A DNA stretch of 63,903 nt, counting the filler, from Vicugna vicugna (taxonomy: Eukaryota): assembly GCA_013265495.1 (NCBI GenBank). It is 81 parts of 79 records of this genome, joined end to end, with 100 filler letters (N's around TTAATTAATTAA, not from the genome) between each part and the next. Parts side by side here need not be neighbours in the genome. Positions count along the whole stretch, not along the records: positions 24,400 to 24,946 come from MU059135.1; positions 25,047 to 25,236 come from MU059136.1; positions 25,337 to 25,521 come from MU059136.1; positions 25,622 to 26,397 come from PNXW01007843.1; positions 26,498 to 27,266 come from PNXW01007845.1; positions 27,367 to 28,437 come from MU059139.1; positions 28,538 to 29,276 come from PNXW01007853.1; positions 29,377 to 30,221 come from MU059142.1; 73 more parts are not named here. One strand, written 5' to 3'. Positions 24,300-36,274 of this stretch are shown here, piece by piece; position 1 is the stretch's first letter, and each line of letters starts with the position of its first letter. Under the pieces are notes generated by a model. That model did no database searches, was not told the origin of the DNA, and saw only the letters and a list, made by a program, of their open reading frames with translations. Both the position numbers and the translations under genes were made by a program.

Positions 24300-24399
24300 N
24301 NNNNNNNNNNNNNNNNNNNNNNNNNNNNNNNNNNNNNNNNNNNTTAATTAATTAANNNNNNNNNNNNNNNNNNNNNNNNNNNNNNNNNNNNNNNNNNNN

Positions 24400-24946
24400 A
24401 ACAATGCGTATATACACTTAGAATTATTTACACTGACTTCATAGTTTTTTCTATCACCAGGTTTTAAAATGGGACATCTGGTACCAGAAATCACTCTTTG
24501 AGTGAATTCTCACAAATACACATGTAATTTACATTGTTTACATAACCATGGAATTCCATATTACGAGCATGTTTCATGCATCACGGACTCCTCAAACATG
24601 CATTTCTGAGTTGNNNNNNNNNNNNNNNNNNNNNNNNNNNNNNNNNNNNNNNNNNNNNNNNNNNNNNNNNNNNNNNNNNNNNNNNNNNNNNNNNNNNNNN
24701 NNNNNNNNNNNNNNNNNNNNNNNNNNNNNNNNNNNNNNNNNNNNNNNNNNNNNNNNNNNNNNNNNNNNNNNNNNNNNNNNNNNNNNNNNNNNNNNNNNNN
24801 NNNNNNNNNNNNNNNNNNNNNNNNNNNNNNNNNNNNNNNNNNNNNNNNNNNNNNNNNNNNNNNNNNNNNNNNNNNNNNNNNNNNNNNNNNNNNNNTAAAA
24901 TAGTAATATTTTCTTCTAGACACGTGTACACATTTTTACAAGCTTT
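24400..24946 (-). repeat. Satellite family D
   Basis: Reverse D motifs. Confidence 0.92.
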
Positions 24947-25046
24947 NNNNNNNNNNNNNNNNNNNNNNNNNNNNNNNNNNNNNNNNNNNNTTAATTAATT
25001 AANNNNNNNNNNNNNNNNNNNNNNNNNNNNNNNNNNNNNNNNNNNN

Positions 25047-25236
25047 TTTCTTCTAGGCACGTGTACACATTTTCACAAGCTTTCCCTAAAAGTTGGTTCG
25101 AATTCGTGCATTTTTCACAAAGAAATATTTCTGGAGCGATTTCCACCTAATAGGTATGTAATTTACATGAATTCCATCAACATGGCATTCCGGGTTCCGT
25201 ACATGCTACATGCATGACGGATTCGGCAATCATGCA
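25047..25236 (-). repeat. Satellite family D
   Basis: Reverse D motifs. Confidence 0.92.
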
Positions 25237-25336
25237 NNNNNNNNNNNNNNNNNNNNNNNNNNNNNNNNNNNNNNNNNNNNTTAATTAATTAANNNNNNNN
25301 NNNNNNNNNNNNNNNNNNNNNNNNNNNNNNNNNNNN

Positions 25337-25521
25337 CCTAACACCAGGTTCGAACTCGTGCATTTTTCACAGAAAAATAGTTCTGGAGCGAATTCCACCT
25401 AACAGATATGTAATTTACATGTATTCCAACATCATGATATTCCGGGGTCCGTACATGCTACATGTATGACTGATTCAGCAATCATGCGTTTCTGACTTCT
25501 GAGCATGTGGATTACAGACCT
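25337..25521 (-). repeat. Satellite family D
   Basis: Reverse D motifs. Confidence 0.92.
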
Positions 25522-25621
25522 NNNNNNNNNNNNNNNNNNNNNNNNNNNNNNNNNNNNNNNNNNNNTTAATTAATTAANNNNNNNNNNNNNNNNNNNNNNN
25601 NNNNNNNNNNNNNNNNNNNNN

Positions 25622-26397
25622 TTCTAAATTCTGTGTTCTGCATTCCATATTGAAAATTCTCTATTCTCTATTCTATATTCTGTATCTACTTTCTATATTC
25701 TAAATACAATATTCAGTATTCTGTATTCTATATTCTAAATTCTCTGTTCTGCACTCCATGTTCTAAATCCTATATTCAGTATTCTTTATTCCATATTCTA
25801 AATTCTGTGTTCTGCATTCTATGTTCTAAGTTCAATGATAAGTATACTGTATTATTATATTTTTATTTCTGTGTTATGCATTCCATGTTCTAAATTCTGG
25901 GTTCTATAGTCTATATTCTATACTCTATATCTGTTTTCTACATTCTATATTCTAAATACTATATTCAGCTTTCTGTATTCTATATTATAAATTCTGTGTT
26001 CTACCTTCTATATTCTAAATTCTATATTCAGTATTATGTAATCTATATTCTAAATTCTGTGTACTGCATATCATGTTCTTTATTCTGGATTCTTTATTCT
26101 GTATTCTACATTCTATATTCTGTGTTCTACATTCTATATTCTAAATTCTATATTCAGTATTCTATAATATATATTCTAAATTCTGGGTTCTACATTCTAT
26201 ATTCTAAATTGTATATTCAGTATTCTGTATTCTATATTCTAAATACTGAGTTCTGATTTCCATGTTCCAAAATCTATACTGAGTTCTCCATGTTCCAAAA
26301 TCTGGCTTCCATATTCTCTAAGCTATATTTTTTATTCTGTTTTCTATATTCAATTTTCTAAATTATATTTTCAGTATTATGTGTTTTATATTCTATA
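25622..26397 (-). repeat. Satellite family C
   Basis: ATATTCT heptamer array. Confidence 0.95.
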
Positions 26398-26497
26398 NNN
26401 NNNNNNNNNNNNNNNNNNNNNNNNNNNNNNNNNNNNNNNNNTTAATTAATTAANNNNNNNNNNNNNNNNNNNNNNNNNNNNNNNNNNNNNNNNNNNN

Positions 26498-27266
26498 GTG
26501 GATTATTAATCTTTCACCCTCTATAAAAGGAATATATTCATCAAGACACGTGCACACATTTTCACAAGCTTTCCCTAACACCAAGTTTGAATTTGTGCAT
26601 TTTCCACAGTAAATTAGTTCTGGAGCGATTTCCTCCTAACAGATATATAATTTGCATGAATTCCAACAACATGGCATTCCGGGTTCCGTACATGCTACAT
26701 GTATGAATGTCGGATTTGGCAATCATGCGTTTCTGACTTGTGAGCATGTGGATTACTGACCTTTCATCCACCAAACAATGAGTATATATACACTTAGAAT
26801 TATTTATCCTGACTTCATAGATTTTTCTATCACCAGGTTCTAAAATCGGACATGTGGCTTCAGAAATCACTCTTTCCGCGAATTCTCACAAATAAACATG
26901 TAATTTACATTGTTTACATAACCATGGCATTCCGTATTACGAACATGTTTCATGCATCACGGATTCCTCAAACTTGAATTTCTCAGTTGTGAACATGCGC
27001 ATGACTGATGTTTCAACCACCAAACAGGTTACATATGCACTATGAAATATTTATTTTGACTTCGTAGCTTCTGCCTATCACCAGTTTCAAGAATCACACT
27101 TTGATCCCAGAAAAACCCTCTTGGAGCGAATTCTACCCTAGAAATATGTAATTTTAATAGACTCAATCTCCATTGTATTCCGTGTTCCTTACATGCTACA
27201 TATACTTTGGATTTGACAAAAATGCATTCCTGAGTTGAGAGCATGTGGAATAATAATCTTTCATCC
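26498..27266 (-). repeat. Satellite family D, one full unit
   Basis: GTGGA(T/A)TA(T/A)TAATCTTTCA at 26498 and 27245. Confidence 0.95.
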
Positions 27267-27366
27267 NNNNNNNNNNNNNNNNNNNNNNNNNNNNNNNNNN
27301 NNNNNNNNNNTTAATTAATTAANNNNNNNNNNNNNNNNNNNNNNNNNNNNNNNNNNNNNNNNNNNN

Positions 27367-28437
27367 AACACCAGAACAATTCTTCGCGTGTGTGCTGGAT
27401 GTAGGGAAACATTCAAAGCATCATTCAGGGGCACATTTATTCCATGGTTGAGGGTTGTAGGTTAAAAAACCANNNNNNNNNNNNNNNNNNNNNNNNNNNN
27501 NNNNNNNNNNNNNNNNNNNNNNNNNNNNNNNNNNNNNNNNNNNNNNNNNNNNNNNNNNNNNNNNNNNNNNNNNNNNNNNNNNNNNNNNNNNNNNNNNNNN
27601 NNNNNNNNNNNNNNNNNNNNNNNNNNNNNNNNNNNNNNNNNNNNNNNNNNNNNNNNNNNNNNNNNNNNNNNNNNNNNNNNNNNNNNNNNNNNNNNNNNNN
27701 NNNNNNNNNNNNNNNNNNNNNNNNNNNNNNNNNNNNNNNNNNNNNNNNNNNNNNNNNNNNNNNNNNNNNNNNNNNNNNNNNNNNNNNNNNNNNNNNNNNN
27801 NNNNNNNNNNNNNNNNNNNNNNNNNNNNNNNNNNNNNNNNNNNNNNNNNNNNNNNNNNNNNNNNNNNNNNNNNNNNNNNNNNNNNNNNNNNNNNNNNNNN
27901 NNNNNNNNNNNNNNNNNNNNNNNNNNNNNNNNNNNNNNNNNNNNNNNNNNNNNNNNNNNNNNNNNNNNNNNNNNNNNNNNNNNNNNNNNNNNNNNNNNNN
28001 NNNNNNNNNNNNNNNNNNNNNNNNNNNNNNNNNNNNNNNNNNNNNNNNNNNNNNNNNNNNNNNNNNNNNNNNNNNNNNNNNNNNNNNNNNNNNNNNNNNN
28101 NNNNNNNNNNNNNNNNNNNNNNNNNNNNNNNNNNNNNNNNNNNNNNNNNNNNNNNNNNNNNNNNNNNNNNNNNNNNNNNNNNNNNNNNNNNNNNNNNNNN
28201 NNNNNNNNNNNNNNNNNNNNNNNNNNNNNNNNNNNNNNNAATTCATCTAAATACTTCCTCAGTCCATCCGGGACACTCGCTACTATTTGGCCTCAAAGCC
28301 CAACCCCCAGGTTTCTCTCAGAATCAGTCCTAGGGAAACACTCAGGGATTACATGCTAAGGGATTCTATTAGAACCCAGCTGCTTCTGTCATCTGAAAAT
28401 GCCAGCCCACACTCAGGATAGCAGAAAACTTCTTCAT
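27367..28437 (+). repeat. Satellite family A
   Basis: 28240-28437 is near-identical to ~11895-12090; mostly gap. Confidence 0.85.
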
Positions 28438-28542
28438 NNNNNNNNNNNNNNNNNNNNNNNNNNNNNNNNNNNNNNNNNNNNTTAATTAATTAANNNNNNN
28501 NNNNNNNNNNNNNNNNNNNNNNNNNNNNNNNNNNNNNAGTTC

Positions 28543-28900
28543 TCAAATCATGAATGCCTCCTGGCTGGCCTTTTCTAGAACCGTTAGGGGCACGGTTAGA
28601 CAGCCTAAGAGGCATAGCCCAGCTGTGCTCCAGCCATCTTGGCATTCAAAGGCCCGAGGCAAATGATAACCACCACAGACAAAGACAAGACCTGTCGGGG
28701 CACAGCTCATTCCTCTTACCGAAGTACAGGGACTGGATTCATTCACAGGGACTGCTGTGTTTCCCTGTCCAAGCCAGAATCATCCTAAATTCTAGAGGTT
28801 CCTGCCCCCACCCTTTGCAATGCCTGGAATATCGAAATGAGGGCATTATCTTCCCAGGACAATGACAGAGGGAGGGAAAGAACAGAAGAAAGGTTTTCAT
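28543..28900 (-). mobile_element. Degraded, internally deleted ERV env fragment
   Basis: Minus strand: signal-like MKTFLLFFPSL, then (frameshifted) SWEDNALISIFQAL, then CAPTGLVFVCG..AFECQDGWSTAGLCLLGCLTVPLTV. The last segment matches the class I env SU C-terminal CxPxGxxFVCG..A..C..W..CxL..L.P pattern. Confidence 0.7.
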
Positions 28901-28923
28901 GTTTAGCTAAAGGAGGAAGTCTT

Positions 28924-29183
28924 TATTATTTATTTACTTTTATTTTTTCATTGAAATACATGATTTACAACACTGTGTTACTTTCTGCTGCACAGCATAG
29001 TGATTCAGTTTTATATATATACACATACACACACACATATATATACACATAATATATATAGATTCTTTTTCATTATAGGTTATTACAGGTATTGAATGTA
29101 GTTCCCTGTGCTGTACAGTAGGACCTTGCTGTTTATCTATTTTATATGTAGTAGTTTGTGTCTGCTAATCCCAACCTCCTAAT
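28924..29183 (-). mobile_element. 5'-truncated LINE-1 3' end with target-site duplication
   Basis: Cetartiodactyl-type L1 tail (TTTACAACACTGTGTTACTTTCTGCTGCACAGCATAGTGATTCAG..GTTCCCTGTGCTGTACAGTAGGACC), flanked by TAAAGGAGGAAGTCTT (28908-28923) and TAAAGGAGAAGTCTT (29184-29198). Confidence 0.85.
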
Positions 29184-29376
29184 TAAAGGAGAAGTCTTGG
29201 TCTGGCATGTTGGGCGGAAGCAGTCTACCTACACTGACGTCAGCTCCGTCTCTTCCTGGTCAGTGTGATTCAGTGTNNNNNNNNNNNNNNNNNNNNNNNN
29301 NNNNNNNNNNNNNNNNNNNNTTAATTAATTAANNNNNNNNNNNNNNNNNNNNNNNNNNNNNNNNNNNNNNNNNNNN

Positions 29377-30221
29377 ATTCTATATTCAAAATACTATATT
29401 CAGCTTTCTGTATTGTATATTATAAATTCTGTATACTACATTCTATATTCTAAATTCTATATTCAGTATTATGTAATCTATATTCTAAATTCTGTGTTCT
29501 GCATAGCATGTTGTTTATTATGGATTCTTTATTCTGTATTTTACAACCTATATTCTGAGTTCTACATTCTATATTCTAAAATCTATATTCAGTATTCTTT
29601 ATTATATATTCTAAATTCTGTGTNNNNNNNNNNNNNNNNNNNNNNNNNNNNNNNNNNNNNNNNNNNNNNNNNNNNNNNNNNNNNNNNNNNNNNNNNNNNN
29701 NNNNNNNNNNNNNNNNNNNNNNNNNNNNNNNNNNNNNNNNNNNNNNNNNNNNNNNNNNNNNNNNNNNNNNNNNNNNNNNNNNNNNNNNNNNNNNNNNNNN
29801 NNNNNNNNNNNNNNNNNNNNNNNNNNNNNNNNNNNNNNNNNNNNNNNNNNNNNNNNNNNNNNNNNNNNNNNNNNNNNNNNNNNNNNNNNNNNNNNNNNNN
29901 NNNNNNNNNNNNNNNNNNNNNNNNNNNNNNNNNNNNNNNNNNNNNNNNNNNNNNNNNNNNNNNNNNNNNNNNNNNNNNNNNNNNNNNNNNNNNNNNNNNN
30001 NNNNNNNNNNNNNNNNNNNNNNNNNNNNNNTTTAATTGTTAGTATTCTTTATACTATATCCTAAATTCTGTGTTTGCATTCCATGTTGTGAATTCTGGGT
30101 TTTATATTCTCTTTTCTATATTCTATATTCGCTGTTCTACATTGTATATTCTAATTTCTATATTCTGCATTCAGTGTTCTATATTCTTTATACTGTGTAC
30201 TACATTCTATATTCTTAATTC
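29377..30221 (-). repeat. Satellite family C
   Basis: Heptamer array; 29377-29620 closely matches ~25943-26190. Confidence 0.95.
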
Positions 30222-30819
30222 NNNNNNNNNNNNNNNNNNNNNNNNNNNNNNNNNNNNNNNNNNNNTTAATTAATTAANNNNNNNNNNNNNNNNNNNNNNN
30301 NNNNNNNNNNNNNNNNNNNNNAAAAAACAGAGGTCTTCAGCAGTGCTGCTTTCCAAATTTTGTAAATATGTAGGTTGTAGGAAGGGGGAAAGCAATTTGA
30401 AAGTTACAGAAAACTGAGAATAATGGACATCCAGAGATCAGAGCCTGGGCCCACTCTGATTATGAATTTGACAAATTTGTTTTTATATATTTAGGGGTTA
30501 TTAGGTACATTATAATTTTAAGATTGTTAGATGTTCCTGGAGAATATTCTCATAATACTGGTATCTTCTTGTCTTCTGTAACGCATTTTACCTGTGCTTG
30601 AATAGTGAGGCGCTGCAGACAAACACTCCTAAGATTCTTCAAAGTAGAAAACCTTAGAATCAAGGACAGGAGACACATTTGGCTTTGTGAGTGTGCACAC
30701 ACAGGTGTTTGGTTTGTGTNNNNNNNNNNNNNNNNNNNNNNNNNNNNNNNNNNNNNNNNNNNNTTAATTAATTAANNNNNNNNNNNNNNNNNNNNNNNNN
30801 NNNNNNNNNNNNNNNNNNN

Positions 30820-31104
30820 CAGAAGGCTGATTCTGGGAGAGGAGCTGCCTTTGATGTGGCAGGAAGACTGCCTCTGGGGCAAGGATATTTGACAGGCACA
30901 TATTTTAGAAATGTTTTTCAGGTAAAATTTTCATCCATAAAATTGTATTAACTGTCCCAACAGCCCCACTACAGAAGGCTGATTCTGGGAGAGGAGCTGC
31001 CTTTGATGTGGCAGGAAGACTGCCTCTGGGGCAAGGATATTTGACAGGCACATATTTTAGAAATGTTTTTCAGGTAAAATTTTCATCCATAAAATTGTAT
31101 TAAC
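30820..31104 (+). repeat. Perfect 133-bp direct duplication (period 152)
   Basis: 30820-30952 is identical to 30972-31104. Confidence 0.9.
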
Positions 31105-31465
31105 ATTTCAAACATGCAGCCCTCCAGAATTCAAAGACATACTCTCCGGAGAGATTCTTCCCTCCTTGTGGAGAGCTGTATTTTTTCTAGGGCAGAGGGA
31201 ACGTGATTTGCTCCAAATGCTTTCTTTACCCATGTCCCCGACCTCCGTTTCAACAGCAAACCTTTAACAAGCTAAGGGGGTTAGACATGGGATGACAATA
31301 AAAGGAGGGCAAAACAGAAAAAAAAAAAAAAAGCCCTCGGGATTAGAACTTCTAACTGGATGACANNNNNNNNNNNNNNNNNNNNNNNNNNNNNNNNNNN
31401 NNNNNNNNNTTAATTAATTAANNNNNNNNNNNNNNNNNNNNNNNNNNNNNNNNNNNNNNNNNNNN

Positions 31466-32148
31466 CCTATCAACAGTGTGCACGGTGTTCCTTTTTCTCC
31501 ACAATCTCACTGACATATATATATTTTCTTTTTGTTGAGAGCTTTCTGAAAATTGTGAGGTCTTGTCTCATTNNNNNNNNNNNNNNNNNNNNNNNNNNNN
31601 NNNNNNNNNNNNNNNNNNNNNNNNNNNNNNNNNNNNNNNNNNNNNNNNNNNNNNNNNNNNNNNNNNNNNNNNNNNNNNNNNNNNNNNNNNNNNNNNNNNN
31701 NNNNNNNNNNNNNNNNNNNNNNNNNNNNNNNNNGTGATCTAATCATGTTAGTTTTGCTTCTGCTTCCCTTGCCAGAGGAGACATATAAAGAATCAAATTA
31801 AGTCAAGTGTACTTCTTATGTTTTACCCTAGGATTCTTTGTTTTCAGGTTTATATTATATTNNNNNNNNNNNNNNNNNNNNNNNNNNNNNNNNNNNNNNN
31901 NNNNNNNNNNNNNNNNNNNNNNNNNNNNNNNNNNNNNNNNNNNNNNNNNNNNNNNNNNNNNNNNNNNNNNNNNNNNNNNNNNNNNNNNNNNNNNNNNNNN
32001 NNNNNNNNNNNNNNNNNNNNNCAGTCTTTATGTAGATATTTGAATGACAGCCCTTCTCACTACAGTGAGGTATAACATTATTTTATTTTTGTCTTGCCTT
32101 TGTATAATGATTAGCAATGTGTGCACATTTTTATGTTCCTGTCCTGTT
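31466..32148 (-). mobile_element. LINE-1 ORF2 3' fragments (degraded)
   Basis: CAACAGTGTG..GTTCCTTTTTCTCCACA..TGAGGT..CTCATT are antisense L1 motifs; heavily gapped. Confidence 0.6.
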
Positions 32149-32248
32149 NNNNNNNNNNNNNNNNNNNNNNNNNNNNNNNNNNNNNNNNNNNNTTAATTAA
32201 TTAANNNNNNNNNNNNNNNNNNNNNNNNNNNNNNNNNNNNNNNNNNNN

Positions 32249-32767
32249 TGCATGTTTGAGGAATCCGTGAGGCATGAAACATGTTCATAATACGGAATAC
32301 CATGATTATGTAAACAATGTAAATTACATTTCTATTGGTGAGAATTCGCTCAAAGAGTGTTTTCTGATGACAAATGTCCGATTTTGGAACCTGGTGATAG
32401 GAAAAACCTATGAAGTCATACTAAATATTTCTAAGTGAATATATGCCTTGCTTGGTGGATGAAAGGTCAGTAATCCACATGCTCACAAGTCAGAAACGCA
32501 TTGTTGCTGAATCCGTCATGCACATGCATGTAGCATGTACAGAACCCGGAATGCCATGTTGATGGAATTCATGTAAATTACATAGCTTTTAGGTGGAAGT
32601 CGCTCCAGAATTTTTCTTTTGTGAAAAATGCACGAATTAGAACCTGGTGTAATGGAAAGCTTGTGAAAATGTGTACACGGGTCTAGATGAAAATATTCCT
32701 TTAATAAAGAATGTAAGATTAATAATCCAGATGCCCTCAACTAAGGAATGCATGTTTGTCGAATCCG
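32249..32767 (+). repeat. Satellite family D
   Basis: D subunit motifs. Confidence 0.92.
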
Positions 32768-33219
32768 NNNNNNNNNNNNNNNNNNNNNNNNNNNNNNNNN
32801 NNNNNNNNNNNTTAATTAATTAANNNNNNNNNNNNNNNNNNNNNNNNNNNNNNNNNNNNNNNNNNNNAAATCCATTATTTTTTTCTGAAAAATGAGGACA
32901 GTGCCTTAAGTATTCAAGATTATAAGAAACTTTGCTTGCAACTATGAATCTTACCAGAAATCTAAATATAGGTAGAAAAGCTGCTTTTAAAAAGTGGCAT
33001 TCACCATTACTGCAAATGCTAACTCCTAAAATTTCATGAGTATAATATTTAAATATGCATTTTCCAAACAAGGAACTTCAAAATATCGTCAGCAATGTTC
33101 ATATTCTGATGATATTATCTTTGCATAGTAAACGTGAAATCTGAGGTTTTATTGGTTAGGCTTATTGTAGCCTTCTATTTTGGATAAAAATTACTAACAT
33201 CTTTCTCCTTTGGTTGTAG

Positions 33220-33583
33220 CTGCACTTGTATCATAATCCAAATTTTAAACGAGCCTGTCCCCAGCTTTTAGTGAGAATGAAAAGAAGAATTGAGATTAAA
33301 AATGCCTCTCTGTTATCTTCATTGGCTGTAGTTTCCAAAAAGAAGCACTTTAAAGCAGGGTGTAATGTGGATAATAATAATTCTATTTTTCTGGCTGACA
33401 CTAGTGGAGAATGTGCATTTTTACTTTCTACAAATTTAAACATGCCTCTAATAAGAAAGCCCTCAAACTAGCCACATAATATGTGATATAAATAACCCAA
33501 TCAGAGGTGATTTTTCTCCTCCATCATCAATGTCAGTAAGACCACCAGAACAAATTGTAGAGGATCAACGTGCTATTTTAAAT
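33220..33583 (+). pseudogene. HSFY: HSFY exon 2 (5' part) with upstream intron; +1 frameshift
   Basis: Branch point TACTAAC at 33192-33198 and acceptor ttctcctttggttgtag|33220. LHLYHNPNFKRACPQLLVRMKRRIEIKNAS..KKHFKAG..NLNMPLIRKPS, then an extra A in 33465-33467 giving TAG at 33469-33471. The shifted frame reads TSHIICDINNPIRGDFSPPSSMSVRPPEQIVEDQRAILN, colinear with HSFY. Confidence 0.92.
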
Positions 33584-34504
33584 NNNNNNNNNNNNNNNNN
33601 NNNNNNNNNNNNNNNNNNNNNNNNNNNTTAATTAATTAANNNNNNNNNNNNNNNNNNNNNNNNNNNNNNNNNNNNNNNNNNNNAGGAGGCCAGAACTCAC
33701 CACAGAAAGGACGCTGCATCACATTCTCAAAGCCAGGAGAAATTTCTCCTCCCCAGAGAAAACAGAAACTTGGGAGGAACGGCGGGGAGTGGCTGTGTGC
33801 CATCCTATCTGTGTCAGTGCCCTCTTCTGCCCTGACTCCCATCAGCTACCCTGGGAGCTAAGGAAGCTAAGGATGGGTTCTCCATGATGGTGTCCACTCA
33901 GGAAGTGCCTCATTTGGTGTGTGGATTTTAAAGGTGCCTTTTACTTAAAGGTGCTCATGTCATCCTTGAGCTGACTTTCCAGGGGCTTTTGTTTTGGTAA
34001 CAAATGGAGCTGCAAGGCACAGGTGGTAAGAAGAGCATGGTGTGTGGCCAGGCCCCTCAGGACCACCTGCCAGGTGCCTTTCTACAGCCATCATGGCACC
34101 AGATGCGCAGGGTAGTCTTGAGACTATGAGCCCCTGTGCATTATGGGAGTCAAGTGAGGTACAGGTGAGGCCACTGCTAAGTCTACTCAGCCCACTACTC
34201 ACACAGGGCAGGAGGAAAGGTGGGGCCCCACTCGCTGCACAGTATGCCTGCCCTCCACCTCTAACAGGAGGGGTGCCAGCCATGGACCCACCACAGGACA
34301 CGGGTGGCCACAGGTGGCTTCCCTAACTCAGACCTAAGGCAGTAGACACAGGCCCATATAATGCCCTCCAAAGTAGGACTCTAGGGTCAATGATACCAAA
34401 GAACNNNNNNNNNNNNNNNNNNNNNNNNNNNNNNNNNNNNNNNNNNNNTTAATTAATTAANNNNNNNNNNNNNNNNNNNNNNNNNNNNNNNNNNNNNNNN
34501 NNNN

Positions 34505-35304
34505 TAGAATATGGAATGCAGAACACAGAATTTAGAATGTAGAATACAGGATACTGAATATAGGATACAGAATATAGAATGTAGAACACAAAATATAGAA
34601 TATAGTATACGGAATGCAAAATATAGTATGTAGAATCTAGAATGAAAAACACAGAATTTAGAATATAGAATAGAGAATGTAGAACCTAGAATTTAGAACA
34701 TGGAATGCAGCACACAGAATTTAGAATATAGAATACAGAATACTGAATATAGAATTTAGAATATAGAATGTAGAACACAGAATAAAGAATATAGAATACG
34801 GAATGCAGAATNNNNNNNNNNNNNNNNNNNNNNNNNNNNGTATAGAATATAGGGAACGTAAAACCCAGAATTTAGTATATGGAAACAATTCCCAGAATTT
34901 AGAATATTGAATACAGAATTCTGAATATGGAATTGAAATTATGGAATGTAGAACACAGAATATACAATGTAGAACACATAATATACAACCCAGAATTTAG
35001 AACACGTAATAGAGAACACAGAACTTAGAATATAGAATATAGAATACTGAATATAGAATTTATAATATAGAATGTAGAACACAGAATATACAATGTAGAA
35101 CACATAATATACAACCCAGAATTTAGAACATGGAATTCAAAAACAGAATTAAGAATATAGAAAAGGGAAAACTGAATATAGAATTAAGAATATAGAATGA
35201 AGATCACAGAATATAGATAATAGAATAAGGAATATAGGATAAAGAATACAGAATATAGGATTTAGAACACAGAATATTGAATATGGAAAACAGAATACAG
35301 AACA
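34505..35304 (+). repeat. Satellite family C
   Basis: Heptamer array with a 126-bp internal period (34964/35090). Confidence 0.95.
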
Positions 35305-35404
35305 NNNNNNNNNNNNNNNNNNNNNNNNNNNNNNNNNNNNNNNNNNNNTTAATTAATTAANNNNNNNNNNNNNNNNNNNNNNNNNNNNNNNNNNNNNNNN
35401 NNNN

Positions 35405-36174
35405 AATCCGCCCCCAGAGAGCTGTCACTATTTGACCTATCACAAACTCTTGCTGTACAAACAGCCTGTCTCCAGTGTGTGTGTGTGTAAAACAATCAGC
35501 AGTGAGTATTTAACGTTACAACTGCCTGAGGCAGTGGTACCAGTAGAGGCTAACTAGATGTTGACTAGGAAACTTAGAAGGCAAAATTGAGTAATGAGAC
35601 GTTCTGTGGGTGGAGGTAGGGTTAAAAAGCTCCAAAAAATTCTGAGAATTGTAGAAGGCCGCACACATGTGTGGCACATGGCAAGGAAAGATCTGAGGAA
35701 ATCTTCAGCTTTCAACTCTGGCTGAACATGAGGTTCTGCATAAGCAAGAACTAAAGGCTACGGAAGTGCTGCAGACTGCCTGCCGGTGCTGAGGGCATCC
35801 CTCAGCACGTGGACACACAGCCACCTGGCAACAGCTCAAACGATTGGCTCCAGGCATTCAAAGAAATCACTGTCCGATCATTATTACAGTGATGACAACT
35901 AGGCTTTCTGCACACACACTGATCTCATGGCCATGCGTGATAAAGAATAGAGACTTAACAGAATTTGTTCAGGAAAGTAAATAAATAGCTNNNNNNNNNN
36001 NNNNNNNNNAATTGAAGCAACGATAAACCCTGGAGATGCGGAAAATCTGGCTTTCAGATCTGCCACATTGTAATATTTTAAACGTCCAGTTTTCAACAGA
36101 TAATTACAAGGTGTACAAAGAAACAGAATAGTTTGGCCATAACAGGGGGGAAAAGTAGTCAATAGAAACTCCCT
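35405..36174 (+). mobile_element. Old L1M 5' region (upstream of ORF1)
   Basis: GCCACATTGTAATATTTTAAACGTCCAGTTTTCAACA..TACAAAGAAACAGAATAGTTTGGCCATA..GTCAATAGAAACT is typical of ancient L1M 5' ends. Confidence 0.6.
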
Positions 36175-36274
36175 NNNNNNNNNNNNNNNNNNNNNNNNNN
36201 NNNNNNNNNNNNNNNNNNTTAATTAATTAANNNNNNNNNNNNNNNNNNNNNNNNNNNNNNNNNNNNNNNNNNNN

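Noticed and set aside
25996..26256. Hydrophobic 'FYILYS' repeat ORFs resembling membrane proteins (also 6989-7195, 29413 onward, 51152-51376)
   Set aside because: These are translations of the T-rich strand of heptamer satellite C.
33960..34326. Overlapping 94-113 aa ORFs in a GC-rich unique scaffold
   Set aside because: No recognisable domain or splice context; expected by chance at this GC content.
34505..35304. GAA-rich satellite C as a heat-shock-element array linked to the nearby HSFY
   Set aside because: Heat-shock elements are alternating inverted nGAAn pentamers, whereas C has direct 7-bp repeats. Proximity to HSFY is an artefact of concatenation.
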